Shown here: positions 49,573-61,941 of the stretch, in pieces | How positions within the stretch are numbered: position 1 is the first letter of the stretch | Layout: each line of letters begins with the position of its first letter | From: Geosiphon pyriformis uo1 | Taxonomy: Eukaryota > Fungi > Glomeromycota | Direction: 5' to 3' | NCBI GenBank assembly: GCA_016748015.1 | Contig: JAAOMT010000299.1 | Coordinates: 124,001 to 188,000 of the forward strand | DNA length: 64,000 bases | Notes under the pieces: model-generated | What the model was told of the DNA's origin: nothing | The model's input: the letters and a program-made list of their open reading frames with translations, nothing else | Database searches by the model: none | Made by a program: the position numbers and the translations under genes

Positions 49573-52003
49573 TTTTGTTATTATTTACTAATTGACAAAA
49601 GATTAAAATATGCAGAGTTATTGATGTCAAAGTAACTGGTAAAAGACCCAGAAATAAAAGTAAAACACTCAAGGATTGAAGATAACTTATCAGAAGGATT
49701 ACTAGCCACTATGCTAAGAAAAAAATTTAATGAAATTGTGATTCTGGAAAGTAATAGTGTTACTTATAGAAGATAGGAAGTATATTAGCATACAAATTAG
49801 CCAATTAAAAATAGCTGTAGTAAATATGGAATTTTAGAATTCTTCTCAAAAGAATTGCAAAATTCCAGGAATTTCAGGATTTTTATACAAGGAATTGCAA
49901 GATTTCAGAATTCCAAGATTTTTCTCAAAAAAATTGCAGAATTCCAGGAATTCCAGGATTCCTGATGTAAAAAATTGAGGAATTAAGGAATCTCAATTAT
50001 GTATATATAGTGGTAATATTAGAAGTAGAAAAAACAGACTTTTTAATTTATATTTGATCTAAAAACACCTTTCTATTCACAACTATTAATAAATAATTAT
50101 TTACTATTTCAATCTACTCTTCACTATCAATACTTTATATTAATAGTAATTGATACTTAACTATACTAGAACAATAGTTCTTGATCACAGCTATTGATGA
50201 GATACTAATATTCATTGTCTTGGCTTATTTTTTTATTTTTTTTATTTTTTTTTATTTTATTTTTTTTATTTTATTTTTTTTATTTTGTTATTCTTGTTGT
50301 TATTAATTGATTAAAAATTAAGCACTAAGTTATTGACATCACAGATAGCCTGGTAAAAAACCCAAAAATAAGGGTAACATTATATATATTTTAACAAATA
50401 GCTTATTAAAAGGGCACAAATGCCAGAATAAAACTGGTCACCAAGCTAAAAAACAACAATCACAACTGAATCTCTGTCTATTATACAAAAAACTTTACCA
50501 CAAAACTTTCAAACTACTAAAACCTTCAGATTACCAAAATTTTCAGATACAAACATCTTACAGATAATACTAACCAATTTATCAATTGAATACCAAGTTA
50601 CAAATTTGTTATTTAATTTGAGACCCCAAATAATCACTTGTAATATTTGGTGCTTCCTGTAAGGTATAATCTAACAGAGAACCAGTATTAACTGCACCCA
50701 TTCAAAACAGTAGCAAAATCAAAAGAAACAGAAACAAACCACTTGGGATTTGCAAAATTCTTATTTCAACATTATTACACTCATCTTAAATTAACAAATA
50801 ATAGTTGGCCAACAGAATTAGCTTTCAATTACTATGTCAATAAAAGAATAGTATATTATTTAAGAAACCAAGGAGATCCAGAATTCATCTTCAATAATTT
50901 TTTCAGTAAACTATTTTAAAGCATCATATTGCCACAGAATTATTTATTTGCACCACTAATCATAGAAATAAATAAAAAATAGAAAAATACATCAAACAAA
51001 GATTCTCCATTACCTTTGCCAACAAAGGAAAAAAAAGATTGCAAACACTAGCAAGAACTCCAAAGCAAATCCAACTACCCACTTAGAAGAAACAAAGATT
51101 GAATTCACTTGCTAATCTATCATATCACCACTGTTACAGGTGATTATTTCTGCTGTTGAATTAAATAACAAATCTGTAACTTGGTGCTCAAAAGCTATTC
51201 TCATTGTCGATAATCTGAAGGTTTGGTATTTGAAGGTGTTGTATCTGAAGGGTTTGATGGAGTTCTTTGTATAATAGACAGAGATTCAATAGTGTCAATA
51301 GTAGGTGTATCTTTCAAAGAGTTTTCCCAATTTCTTTCTCAGCATGATGGCCAAATTTAGTCTGGCAGTTGTGCCCTTCTGGTAAGCTATCTGATAATAT
51401 ATAAATCCTACCCTTATTTCTGGGTCTTTTACCAGGCTATCTTTGATGTCAATAACTCAGTGCTTAATCTTTTAATCAATTAGTATCCAACAACAAAATC
51501 AAAGACAGAAAGAAAATAAAATAAAGAAAAATAAAAAAATAGAGAAAATGAGTCAAGACAATTTGGTACATTAGTATCTCATCAATAGCTGTGATTAAGA
51601 GCTATTGTTCCAGTGTGATTAAGTATCAATTACTATTAACATGAAGTGTTGATAGTTGAGAATGGTTGAGATATGAAATAATTATTTATTTGATGATTGG
51701 GAACTAGAATGTTGCTTAGATTAAATCTAAACTAAAAAGTCTCTGTTTTCAGCTTCTAATCCTACTGCTATATATACATAATTGAGATTTCTCAATTCCT
51801 CAAATTTTCACAACAGGAATTCTGGAATTCCTGGAATCCTGCGATTCCTTTGAGAAAAATCTTAGAATTCTGGAATCCTGCAATTCCTTGTCAGAGAATC
51901 CTGAAATTCCTGGAATTCCACATTTACTACGCCTACTTCTGATTGGCTAATAACTATGCTAATATATTTCCTATATTTCTATGAGTAACATTATTTCCTC
52001 CTT

Positions 52004-52633
52004 TTAATATTGAGCTTCGTCAAAATCCAACTCATTTAATTCCCTCTTTTGAAGTATTTTCTGGATTTTGTTTTCGAGAATTACTTGTGTTATTTGGGTC
52101 TGTAATTCTTCAAATTGAGCATTGGTGATTTTTCCCAATTGGTTACTGGTAACCGCATCTATTGCTTTGTTGAACAATATTTTTGGTCTATCCTGAAATG
52201 CTGTGTGTATTCGGTATATGGCTCGGGCCTGTGTGGATAAGTTGTTCTTTCCCACAAAATGTTCTAATTTTTGTAGTATTCTTTTGTTGAATAATTGCTT
52301 TGTTTTATCTATATATAGATTCTGGATATTTACATGTTGTCCCAAGTAAAAATAACAATAGTTTTATGAAAATTGTTATATCCACCAATTCCAAGTTTCT
52401 TTAGTCAACTCTTGATATAGTGACTCTTTTGTCACCTTTTTTATTGCTAATTTTACTTTTGCAATGATTTTGTCCACAGTATTTTCAGTTTTCTTCTGTG
52501 TTCTGAGTTGAAATGTCTTTCTAGTATCTTAATATCGAATGGTTTGTTAATTGATTGTAATCTCTATTTCCTGGTGTTAGATTAATTAAAAGAGTTGTTG
52601 TGCTAGTGAGTGAATGTTGTCTGTAATTTCCAT
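52004..52633 (-). pseudogene. J ORF3
   Basis: MEITDNIHSLAQQLF...YCYFYLGQH...ARAIYRIHTAF...LGKITNAQFEEL...QY*. Confidence 0.78.
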
Positions 52634-52687
52634 TTTTCTGATATTTCCTGTCACGTCTACTATGTCTTTATATATTCTTTTGATGAA

Positions 52688-54070
52688 TCAATTTAACGTG
52701 TTGTTGTCGATAATAATGATTGGTTTCAGATCTCGTGGAATCTCATCTGGTTGGACTAGTATTCTCTGTACTCCTAATTGTGGAATATTACTGGTAGATA
52801 GTAGTGTAATGTTGTGATATGGTTTTAGTCGATCTCCATGTGCTGTTTTGGTTAAAATTTTGTTATCCAATCTTAATTTGTAAGCTCCATTTCCTAGAAT
52901 TTCTTCTATGTGAAATGGTCCATCTCATTTGGGGTCAAATTTTCCACTCTATTGTTTTTCTGCTTTGGTATGATGTAGTAATACTTTGTCTCTAATCTTG
53001 AATTCAACTGGTTTGTCTGGTAGTTGACTATTGTGTCTTTCTTTCTGTGTTTCTTGTGACTTTTGAATATTATCAGCTGTTCTTCTTCATTTGTTTTCCA
53101 ATGTTTCCATTAAGTCATATGTTCTTCTCAGCAATGTTTCTTGAAAATTTTTCTCTGTTATTGGTTCAGCTGGATATGTATTAATTTTTCTCTCTACTGG
53201 TAACGTTGCTGTTCTCCCATATACTAATTCAAATGGTGTTGCTTGTGTAGTATCTTGTTTTGTTGTCCGATAAGCAAATAGTACTAATAGTATGAACAAA
53301 TCCCAATTGTTCTGGTTTTCTTGGCTGAGCTTAGCTATTGCTTCACACAATGTTTTGTTGAATCTTTCTACTAATTCGTTGGTTTGTGGATGGTATGGTG
53401 ATGATAATGATCTCTTGATTCTGAATCTTTGGCTCAATTCTGTTAATGTTCTGTTCACAAAATGAGTTCCTTGGTTTGATAATAATTCTTTTGGACATCC
53501 ATGTCAACAAATCAAATTCTGATGAACGAATTCGGCAATGGATTCTGCATCTGCTCTTTGAATTGCTTTTGCCTCTGGCCATTTAGTGAGATAGTCCATA
53601 GCTACTGTTATGTATTTGTTTCCTCTGCTGGTGATTGTTAATGGTCTGACTAAATCAATTTCCATACGGTTAAATGGTTGTTACACTTTGATTGGTCTTA
53701 ATGGTTCATTGGGTCTTGTTTCTCCTCTTCGCTAACAAACATCACAATTTTGAACATATTGAATGATGTCTGGGTACATTGATGGCCAATAGTATCTCTT
53801 TTTGGTTCTTTCCATAATTGCTTCTTTGTAAAAATGTCCTGCTGTTGGATTTGAGTGTATGTTGAATAATATTGTCTCTTTTTCTGGTTCTGTAATTACT
53901 CTGGTTGGTTGATCTGGATCTTTTCTATTTTTCCAATAAAGTATATTTTGGTAAGTGATAAAATATTTTGATTGTTGTTTGATACTCTTTCGTTCTGTTT
54001 GAGATAAATTCTCCTTGAACTGTTGAGTGTTTATATAATGTTGCAGTTGTTGATATTTTTGTATGTTCAT
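52688..54070 (-). pseudogene. int: J integrase (separate ORF, different frame from gag-pol)
   Basis: ORF pieces starting at 54070, 53458 and 52870 share one frame; HHCC, DDE core and GPF motif. Confidence 0.92.
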
Positions 54071-54132
54071 CTTTTGTTATATTTTTTGTTGGTATTGTTC
54101 TGGTTTTGTTATATTTTTGGGCTGAAATGTTC

Positions 54133-57100
54133 TTAGATTTGTCTCATTCACAACAAACCATCAACATTTCTATTGTCTTTTCTTTTTTTGTAATGTATGA
54201 TATAATTGTATAGTGCGAGTGCCATTTTCCATCTTGACTGTTTTCCATCTTCAAATTCTTGTTTTTGAAGTGATGTTAATCTTTTGTGATCTGTGTGCAC
54301 TTTAAACTTCTGGCTCAAGTATTCTTTTCATTTCATGACTGCCCAGTATATTGCTAAGTGTTCTTGTTCCAGTGTTCTATAGTTCTTTTCAGCTGGTATT
54401 AAACCTCTGCTGGCATATACTACTGGGTGTTCTCTGCCATCTGGTCTTTTCTGAGATAATACTGCTCCCAATGCTTAGCTGGATGCATTAGTGGTGATAA
54501 TGAATGGTTTGCTGTGATCTGGATAAATCAGTATTGGAGCTTGAATAAGCTTTCCTTTCAAAATGTCAAAAGCTTCTTGTTGACTTTCTGCCCATTCATA
54601 TTTGGTATTCTTGGTTTGCAGTTGGTTAAGTGGTTGCACTATCTTGGAAAAGTTTTTGATAAAACATTGATAATAGCTGGTGAATTCCAAGAATAATTTC
54701 AGTTCTGTCATATTAGTCAGTACTGAAAAGTTCTTTACTATTTCTATTTTCTCTGGATCAGTTTTAATGCCATCTTTGTTAACTATGTGTCCCAAGAATT
54801 TTAGCTCTGTCTTGCCAAAGAAGCATTTTGTTGCATTTAACTTTAACTCTGCTCTTTTTAGTCTTTCAAACACTTGTTGAAGATAATGAAGATGATCATC
54901 AAATGTTTTTGAGAATATGTTGGTGTTGTTTAAGTATACAACTACTGATTTTCACAATAAGCCAGCATAGACGATTTCTATTAGCCATTGAAAAGTGGCT
55001 GGTGCATTGGTTAAACTGAATGGCATTACTTCAAATTCGAAATTTTCTTCTCTTATGGTGAATGCTGTCTTCTCTTTGTCAGCTGGATCCATGGCTATTT
55101 GCCAGTAACCACTATCTAAGTTTAATGTTGAGAACCATTTGTTTCTGTCAAAAGCATCAAATAATTCCTGTATCCATGGAGTTGGATAGCTGTCTCCACG
55201 AGTTACACTATTGAGTTTTTTATAGTCTACACAAAATCGGATTTTTCCATTCTTCTTATGTATGAGTACTACTGGTGATGACCATGGGCTCATTGATGGC
55301 TGAATTAGCCCATTGTCCAGCATCCGGTTTATCTCTTGATAAATAATCTTGTGGCTGGCTGGTGGCACTCTGTATGCTCTTTGTTTAATTGGCATTGCAT
55401 CTCCAGTCTTGATCTGATGCTGGATGATGTCAGTTTGGCCAAACTCATTTTCGCTGGCAAAGATGTTATTGAACTGATTGAGCAACATCTTGAGTTGCAT
55501 ACATTAAAGTGGATCTAAGTTTCTCATGTTCATTTGTTCCAATTGTTCTGATTGGAGCAAATAACATTCACTTCATCCATATATTGTTTGTGATATAATA
55601 TCAACATATTCACAAAGTTGTGGAAAATCTGGAATGGAATTTGGTGGTTGATCCTCTATTTCAGTGCTTAAGTATTCAATAATGGTTCTGGCTGGTATTA
55701 CTATGGCATTTCCTGTGTTATTGTAGATGGGAATTTTGATGTGGCTGTGATCTTTGGCTGGTATGTGGAGATTGATGAGTCCAACTTCTCCTAATTCACA
55801 AAGACTGGCTTCTGTTTCAAAAATTTGTGCTTGGTCTTTTTCCTTCCTTTCTATTGCTAGCATGTACTGATTATATGGTGGAATGGAAATAGCTTGACCG
55901 GTTGAGATAATTTCTCCTTGGCCAACAATTTCTTCCTCTGCCATGTTAACTAGTACATCTATTCTATTCATTGATCCAAATCCCTGTATTTCTCTTGCTG
56001 TTATTCCTAATTCCTCCCTCTTTTCCATTGATACTAACTGAGCTATTCTAACCAGAGGCAGGAATATTGTCTGTGCTATCTTTTTGTTGGGCTCTATTAT
56101 ATAGGCCTTTTCTGAGTCATTTTGTAGCATAGCAATAATATTTCTCACATATCCTGCATCAATTATTCCTCCTCTTATATTAATCTCTCTTTTCACTAAA
56201 CTACTCTTAGATGCTAATTAACCATTGTTGTTGCCGGAATTTCTAGTGTTATTTTCAGATCAATGCAGGTGCATGAATGTGGTTCCAATTTAATGGCATC
56301 TTTTCCTGAATATCTCAGATCAAACCCTGCATCAGTATCATGCATATGTTCTGGCATAATACCTTCCCCATTGTCACTATACCATTTCAACTCTTGTTTT
56401 TTGAAAAGATCTGGTAGTGCAATGTATTGTTTATAGTTTAAATCGGAGTTTGAACCTGAGTTTGAATCATTTTTGTTGTCCTTGCCATTTTGAATGGAGC
56501 TGGAACCAATGTTTTCATTATTGTCATCAAAGTCTGGATCACAATTGATCAGTGATTCTGATTCTGATGTACAGCTGCTGATTGGTTCTTCTTCTTCAGG
56601 GATCGAGTAGATCATGTATGGTGGTGGATTGTAAATGAGGTCACAATTGTCACAATATTCAAAGTTACTGAGAATTAAACAATGATGACACAGTCTTGTA
56701 TTCAACTGTGCTAGCCATTGTTCTTGCTCTTCTCTAGTGAGTGCCAAGTTTTGGTAGTGTTCATGGAACTCTTCTGGTTCCAGTGAATTTAGGACTGACT
56801 CTGCATCCCAGTCAAGCTCGATGAATTCTGGTGGATTGTTTTTGATTTCTCTGATCTTTTCGGATGTCGCTCCTTCTATTTTGGTGATTGTCATTCTCCA
56901 CATTTCATTGTCGTTATGTGGACAACTGTCCAGTCACTGCACGGCTCTTCTCCAGGCTGCTTCTATTGGAGTTCTTTTTTACCCAGTCGCTTATTAGAAT
57001 TGTGTATTGACATGACACATCACACGTTCTTCCACATTCTGGGATGTCATTCCACATTCTTTCATCTAATAGGGTCTCTCCACAAGCGAGACAAGGTTGG

Positions 57101-60100
57101 TTATCCCATTTTCCTTGCCTCTTTGGTCATTTAAAACATTTGAGTAAGCATGGACGACAGTAGAATTTTGTTGTGGTGTGGTATTCCTCATTGTCGCTAC
57201 AGCATGTGCCCATTGATAACAGTTTCTTGCTGCAATCGATGCATACCAGCCTTGGCCATCGATAATTGAATTGTTGTGGAGTGTGGTGGGTGTAGGAATT
57301 ATAAATGGTGGTGGTTGGGGGCATTCTTTCTTTCTTTTCTTTTCCTTTTCTCTTATCTTCATTCCATTCCCAACTTGAGATTTCTTTTTGTTTGTTATTG
57401 GTCCAAATCAGATCATTGGTTTCCCAGGTAAGTTCTTTTCTTTGCTTTCCCTTGGGGTTGTTGTCCCATGATAGTATTGGCAGTAGCTCGTAGTGGTCTT
57501 TGTCATCGGTTCAAACATCAATAGTGGCTCCACCAGTATGTTCTTTTCCTTGTTCCTTTTTTCTGTTGTTATCGTCGTCTCAGGCGAGTATTGGTGGCAG
57601 TTCATTGTAGTCGACGTTGGCCCACGAGACTTGGTAAGCTTCCCAGGTAGGTTTCTTTTTTTCTTCCTCCAGTTTGATCAATAGTTTCTCTCTTGGAGGA
57701 GTCTTAAAGTGGCCACACATGGCCAGTACACATATGTGTTGGCCTTAATATGTTAGCTGGAGTTCCTGGGTGTTCCAGTCTAACATCGCGTTGACTTTGG
57801 ATAGCCAGTCATTACCAACCAGGGCTTGGTATTGAGTGGCTTCCATTACTAGAACTTTAATGGAAGTCATGATGCCATTGACTTCGAAAGGGAAGTCGTT
57901 GATTTCGCTGATTGGAGTTTTGGTCGCTCCATCAGCTGTGATAATTCTGCCACTGGCAGCTCGATCAACTCAGCAACCTAATTGATCCATGAGTTGTCAT
58001 GTGATGATGCTGCCTGCTGAACTGCTGTCAAGGATCAATTTAATGGATTGTCTTTCGACTTTGGCATCAGTGTACATCGCAGTGATTGGTTTGGCTTCAA
58101 GAGTGGCTTCACTAAATAATGGCATTGCAGCTGTTTCCTCGAATTCAAATGGGAAGATAGCAGCTAAGGACTCGTCTTCGGTAATGGTGGCAGATGGGAT
58201 ATTACTGGTGAGTGGTTGGTTTTGGGCGAATGTTGGTTTATTGGTTGAGGCATCTTCTGGGGTGACCAGAAAACTTAAATAGTTCTGGGAATTCGGGTTT
58301 TGGGTTTGACCAGTACCTGAATTCTGCTGGCATAATCCCGATGGTTGCTGTGAAAAACTAGGGATCAGTTGATGGACTACTATCGCCGATCTCCAGCTCT
58401 GTTGAGTTATTCTTAGTCTTTGGGTTCTGTTGGGTGGTAAGCTTTGGGGCGGTGTTTGAATTTGTTGGGGTTGATAAATTATTTGTGGCTGCAGTTGTTG
58501 ATAAACCACTTGTGGCTGTGGTTGATAAATTGGAGCTTGATACACCGGAGACTGATAGATTGATGACTGCATCACTGGTAAGTAAGCAGGTTGGTTTTGA
58601 TTTGGGTACTGATTTGGAGTTTGGAACTGGCGATTGGGGCTTTGATATTGATTTCCCGATTGTTGGTTATTTAATCACTAATGACAGTCAATTTGGATAT
58701 GGCCTTGTTTACCACAGTAGTGGCAGATACACGTTTCCTGTTGCCACTGTTGATTGGTTGATGAAGATAGATGTAGTTGATTTTGAACACGATTAAAGTT
58801 TCCTTGATTATTGCATCGTTGTGGAGACTGATAAATGGCGTGATTGTCAGCTAAGTATTCTTCCAATCTCTTATTAATTGATTCACTAAACTTCTCCAAT
58901 TTGGAATCCAATTCAGATGGTCCGTTCATTACTAGATTAACGGCTTGGGCATGGTTAGCCTCTGATTCAGCAGATTCAAAATCTCTGGCATGTGTGACTG
59001 CATCCTGAAGGATGCCTGAATGCAACGGATGTACATGTTGTAAGATGCTGCTGTGCAGGCCACAAATAAACTGATTGAGTATCTGTGGTGCTGTGAAATA
59101 GTTGGCATCAATTGCTTGAATTTGGCACAGGTTTTAATGGAAGCATCTCAAGTAAGTGGTGACTGCTTCAGTTTCTCCTTGTTTCATGGTAGTAAATATA
59201 TTGACTAGGCGATTGATGCTGTTATTGTTGCTGAAGTATTTTAGGAATTCCGCTTTGAAGACATTGAAATCTTGAGGTTTATTAACCAAGCTTTGATACC
59301 AGAAATCGGCGGTATCTTTGAAAAAGTAAGGAATGGCTTGTATTGCTTGGGCATTATTCCATCCATTGGCTGCGATGGCTTTTTCTACATCATTCAGCCA
59401 TACTTGAGCATCATCCTCTTCGCCAGTAAAGTTGTCAAGTTTTGCGATTGGTGCATAGGTCATTGGATCTAAGTTAGGTGGTTGTGGTGGCTGTTGGAGC
59501 AGTTGTTGTTGTTCTGGCTGCTGGGATGGTAGTTGAAGTGGCTGCTGTATGGGTTCGGCTATGGGATTAATCGGTGATTGATCGATGATGTTTACCAGAG
59601 GTAAGTTTTGCTGATTAATTAATTTGGGGTTTGGATTGTTCTGCCTTTGATGATTCAGAGTTTTGATTTCCGAATTTTCTAGATCTGGATTTTGCTGAGT
59701 TTGAAAATTCGGAGTTTCAACTTTCGGGTTTTCAGTAATCAGGTGCTGGTAAGTGAATTTTTGGTCTTCTAATTCTTTTTCCTTTTTTCTTGATTCTGCT
59801 GCTTCCCATGGATCAGAAATTTCGAAATTTGGTAGAGATGGTGGTGATTGAAGTTCTGATGAAATTGATGATTGCGAATTAAATCCCTCAAAGTATTTGC
59901 CATATGGTCCTAATAATTCTGTTTTTCTTTGTCTACTTTGAAATGGGAATTGTCCAAATGCTGGTGTCGCAGTTGATGGGAATGCATCTGTTGATGATAT
60001 GTGGATGGCACTTCCAGGTGTATAGTGGTAAGATAAATTGCTTGGGGATTCAATTCTGTTTTTCTTCCAAGTAGGTGGCTGTATTTTTCTGGGTGTTATG

Positions 60101-60444
60101 GCTGGTGTTTGTAATTTTCCCTTGCCTTTACTAGCGTAGGTAATTGGATATTTTTGTTGAGTGTGATGTTCAATTTCTTTGTTGATCTCAGTAATGATGG
60201 ATGTGAAATTATGATTTGTTGGTAGGTTGGTGTTTTGAATTAATTCCCTATAGAAAGTTTCTCTTGCTGATTCAATATTCACTGGTGTTCCTAATAAAGA
60301 GAAAATTTTTTTGTTAACATAGAAATTGAAGGCTGATTCGACAGATATATGATTGTGATTTAATCCCAAGTGTTGACAATAGTGTTGAAATAAGGATTTT
60401 GCAAATCCTAAATGGTTTGCTCCTATATTTTCTGATTCTGCCAC
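54133..60444 (-). pseudogene. gag-pol: J Gag-PR-Cys-rich-dUTPase-RT-RNaseH polyprotein
   Basis: Pieces starting at 60444, 59025, 58575, 57324, 56196, 55500 and 54873, and the stop at 54135-54133, share one frame (only 56214-56903 is locally shifted). CHYCGKQGHIQIDC, LILDSSSAGS and RT motifs present. Confidence 0.93.
55965..56390 (-). pseudogene. dut: dUTPase domain of J
   Basis: HDTDAGFDLR, SSL, GGIIDAGY, KIAQ, REIQGFGS. Confidence 0.9.
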
Positions 60445-60487
60445 TTTTGGTTTGGTGTCATTGGTGCTGGTTCTTTGTAGGATTAAA

Positions 60488-60506
60488 CCTTACAGGGAGC
60501 ACCAAA
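60488..60506 (-). promoter_or_regulatory. PBS of J, TTTGGTGCTCCCTGTAAGG (probable elongator tRNA-Met primer)
   Basis: TGG begins 2 nt after the LTR end; complementary to a tRNA 3' end ...CCU(C/U)ACAGGGAGCACCA. Confidence 0.85.
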
Positions 60507-61941
60507 TGTTACAGGTGATTATTTTTGCTGTTGAATTAAATAACAAATCTGTAACTTGGTGCTCAAAAGCTATTCTCATTGTCGATGATCTGAAGGTTTG
60601 GTATCTGAAGGTTTTGTATCTGAAGGGTTTGATGGAGTCCTTTGTATAATAGACAGAGATTCAATAGTGTCGATAGTTGGTGTATCTTTCAAAGAGTTTT
60701 TCCAATTTTTTTCTCAGCATGGTGGCCGGATTTAGTCTGGCAGTTGTGCCCTTCTGGTAAGCTATCTGATAATATATAAATCTTACCCTTATTTCTGGGT
60801 CTTTTACCAAGCTATCCTTGATGTCAATAACTCAGTGTTTAATCTTTTAATCAATTAGTATTCAACAACAAAATCAAAGACAGAAAGAAAATAAAATAAA
60901 GAAAAATAAAGAAAATAGAGAAAATGAGCCAAGGCAATTTGGTATGTTAGTATCTCATCAATAACTGTGATCAAAAGCTATTGTTCTAGCGTGGTTAAGT
61001 ATCAATTACTATCAACATGAAATATTGATAGTTGAGAGTGGTTGAGATATGGAATAATTATTTATTTGATGATTGGGAACTAGAATGTTGCTTAGATTAA
61101 ATCTAAACTGAGAGGTCCCTGTTTTCAGCTTTTAATCCTACTGCTATATATACATAATTGAGATTCCTCAATTCCTTGATTCTTCACAACAGAAATCCTG
61201 GAATTCCTGGAATCCTACAATTTCTTTGAGAGGAATCTTGGAATTCTGGAATCCTGCAATTCCTCATCAGGGAATCCTGAAATTCCTGGAATTCTACAAT
61301 TCCTGAGAAGAATCCTGAAATTCCACATTTACTATGCCTACTTCTGATTGGCTAATAACTATGCTAATATATTTTCTATATTTCTATGAATAACACCACA
61401 TATTTGAAAGCACTATTAATATAATAGACATGTCTACAACAAACATAACAACATTATTAAACAGAATCCTATTCCAAAGTAAACAAAAGAAAGCAGAGTT
61501 ACTAAGAACATATGGCAATTATTTTGAGAAATTTAAATTGTGATTTCTAACACCATTAGGAACTTGATCACTACTATCACAACCAGATTTTAGAACTGTT
61601 AGTCTTTAAAAAATAACTGGCTTCAAAGAAAAGAAAGATAATGATCAAGAAATTAATAAGCAAAATTCAATTCTAAAAAATCAAAAAATTTAAACCCTGA
61701 TCATTTCAACTCAAAAAAATCAGAACAATTCAAATACCACCTCTATTGTTGTCCAAAACTTACTTCCAGTAATTATGATTAATCTACCACCAGCCCTACC
61801 AATTACTAAACAGCAATAGCAATAGCCACAACTACCACTCTAGTAGCAACTACAACAGCAATCTTAACCTCAACTGCAACAACAACTACTATTAGCACCA
61901 ATAGCATATGCACCTATTGCCAAAATTGAGAAATTTACTAG

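Larger units (their letters stand above)
38117..49757 (+). mobile_element. Element F: visible part of the outermost family-1 element (RNase H end, integrase, ORF3 split by G, 3' LTR 49033-49757 cut by I)
   Basis: Colinear with B 21245-23368; PPT AAAAGGAGGAGATAA before 49033. Confidence 0.85.
51132..61395 (-). mobile_element. Element J: full-length, uninterrupted family-1 LTR retrotransposon (best family-1 reference)
   Basis: LTRs 51132-51990 and 60507-61395, perfect TSD CCAC (51128-51131 and 61396-61399), PBS 60488-60506, PPT 51991-52005. Confidence 0.96.
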
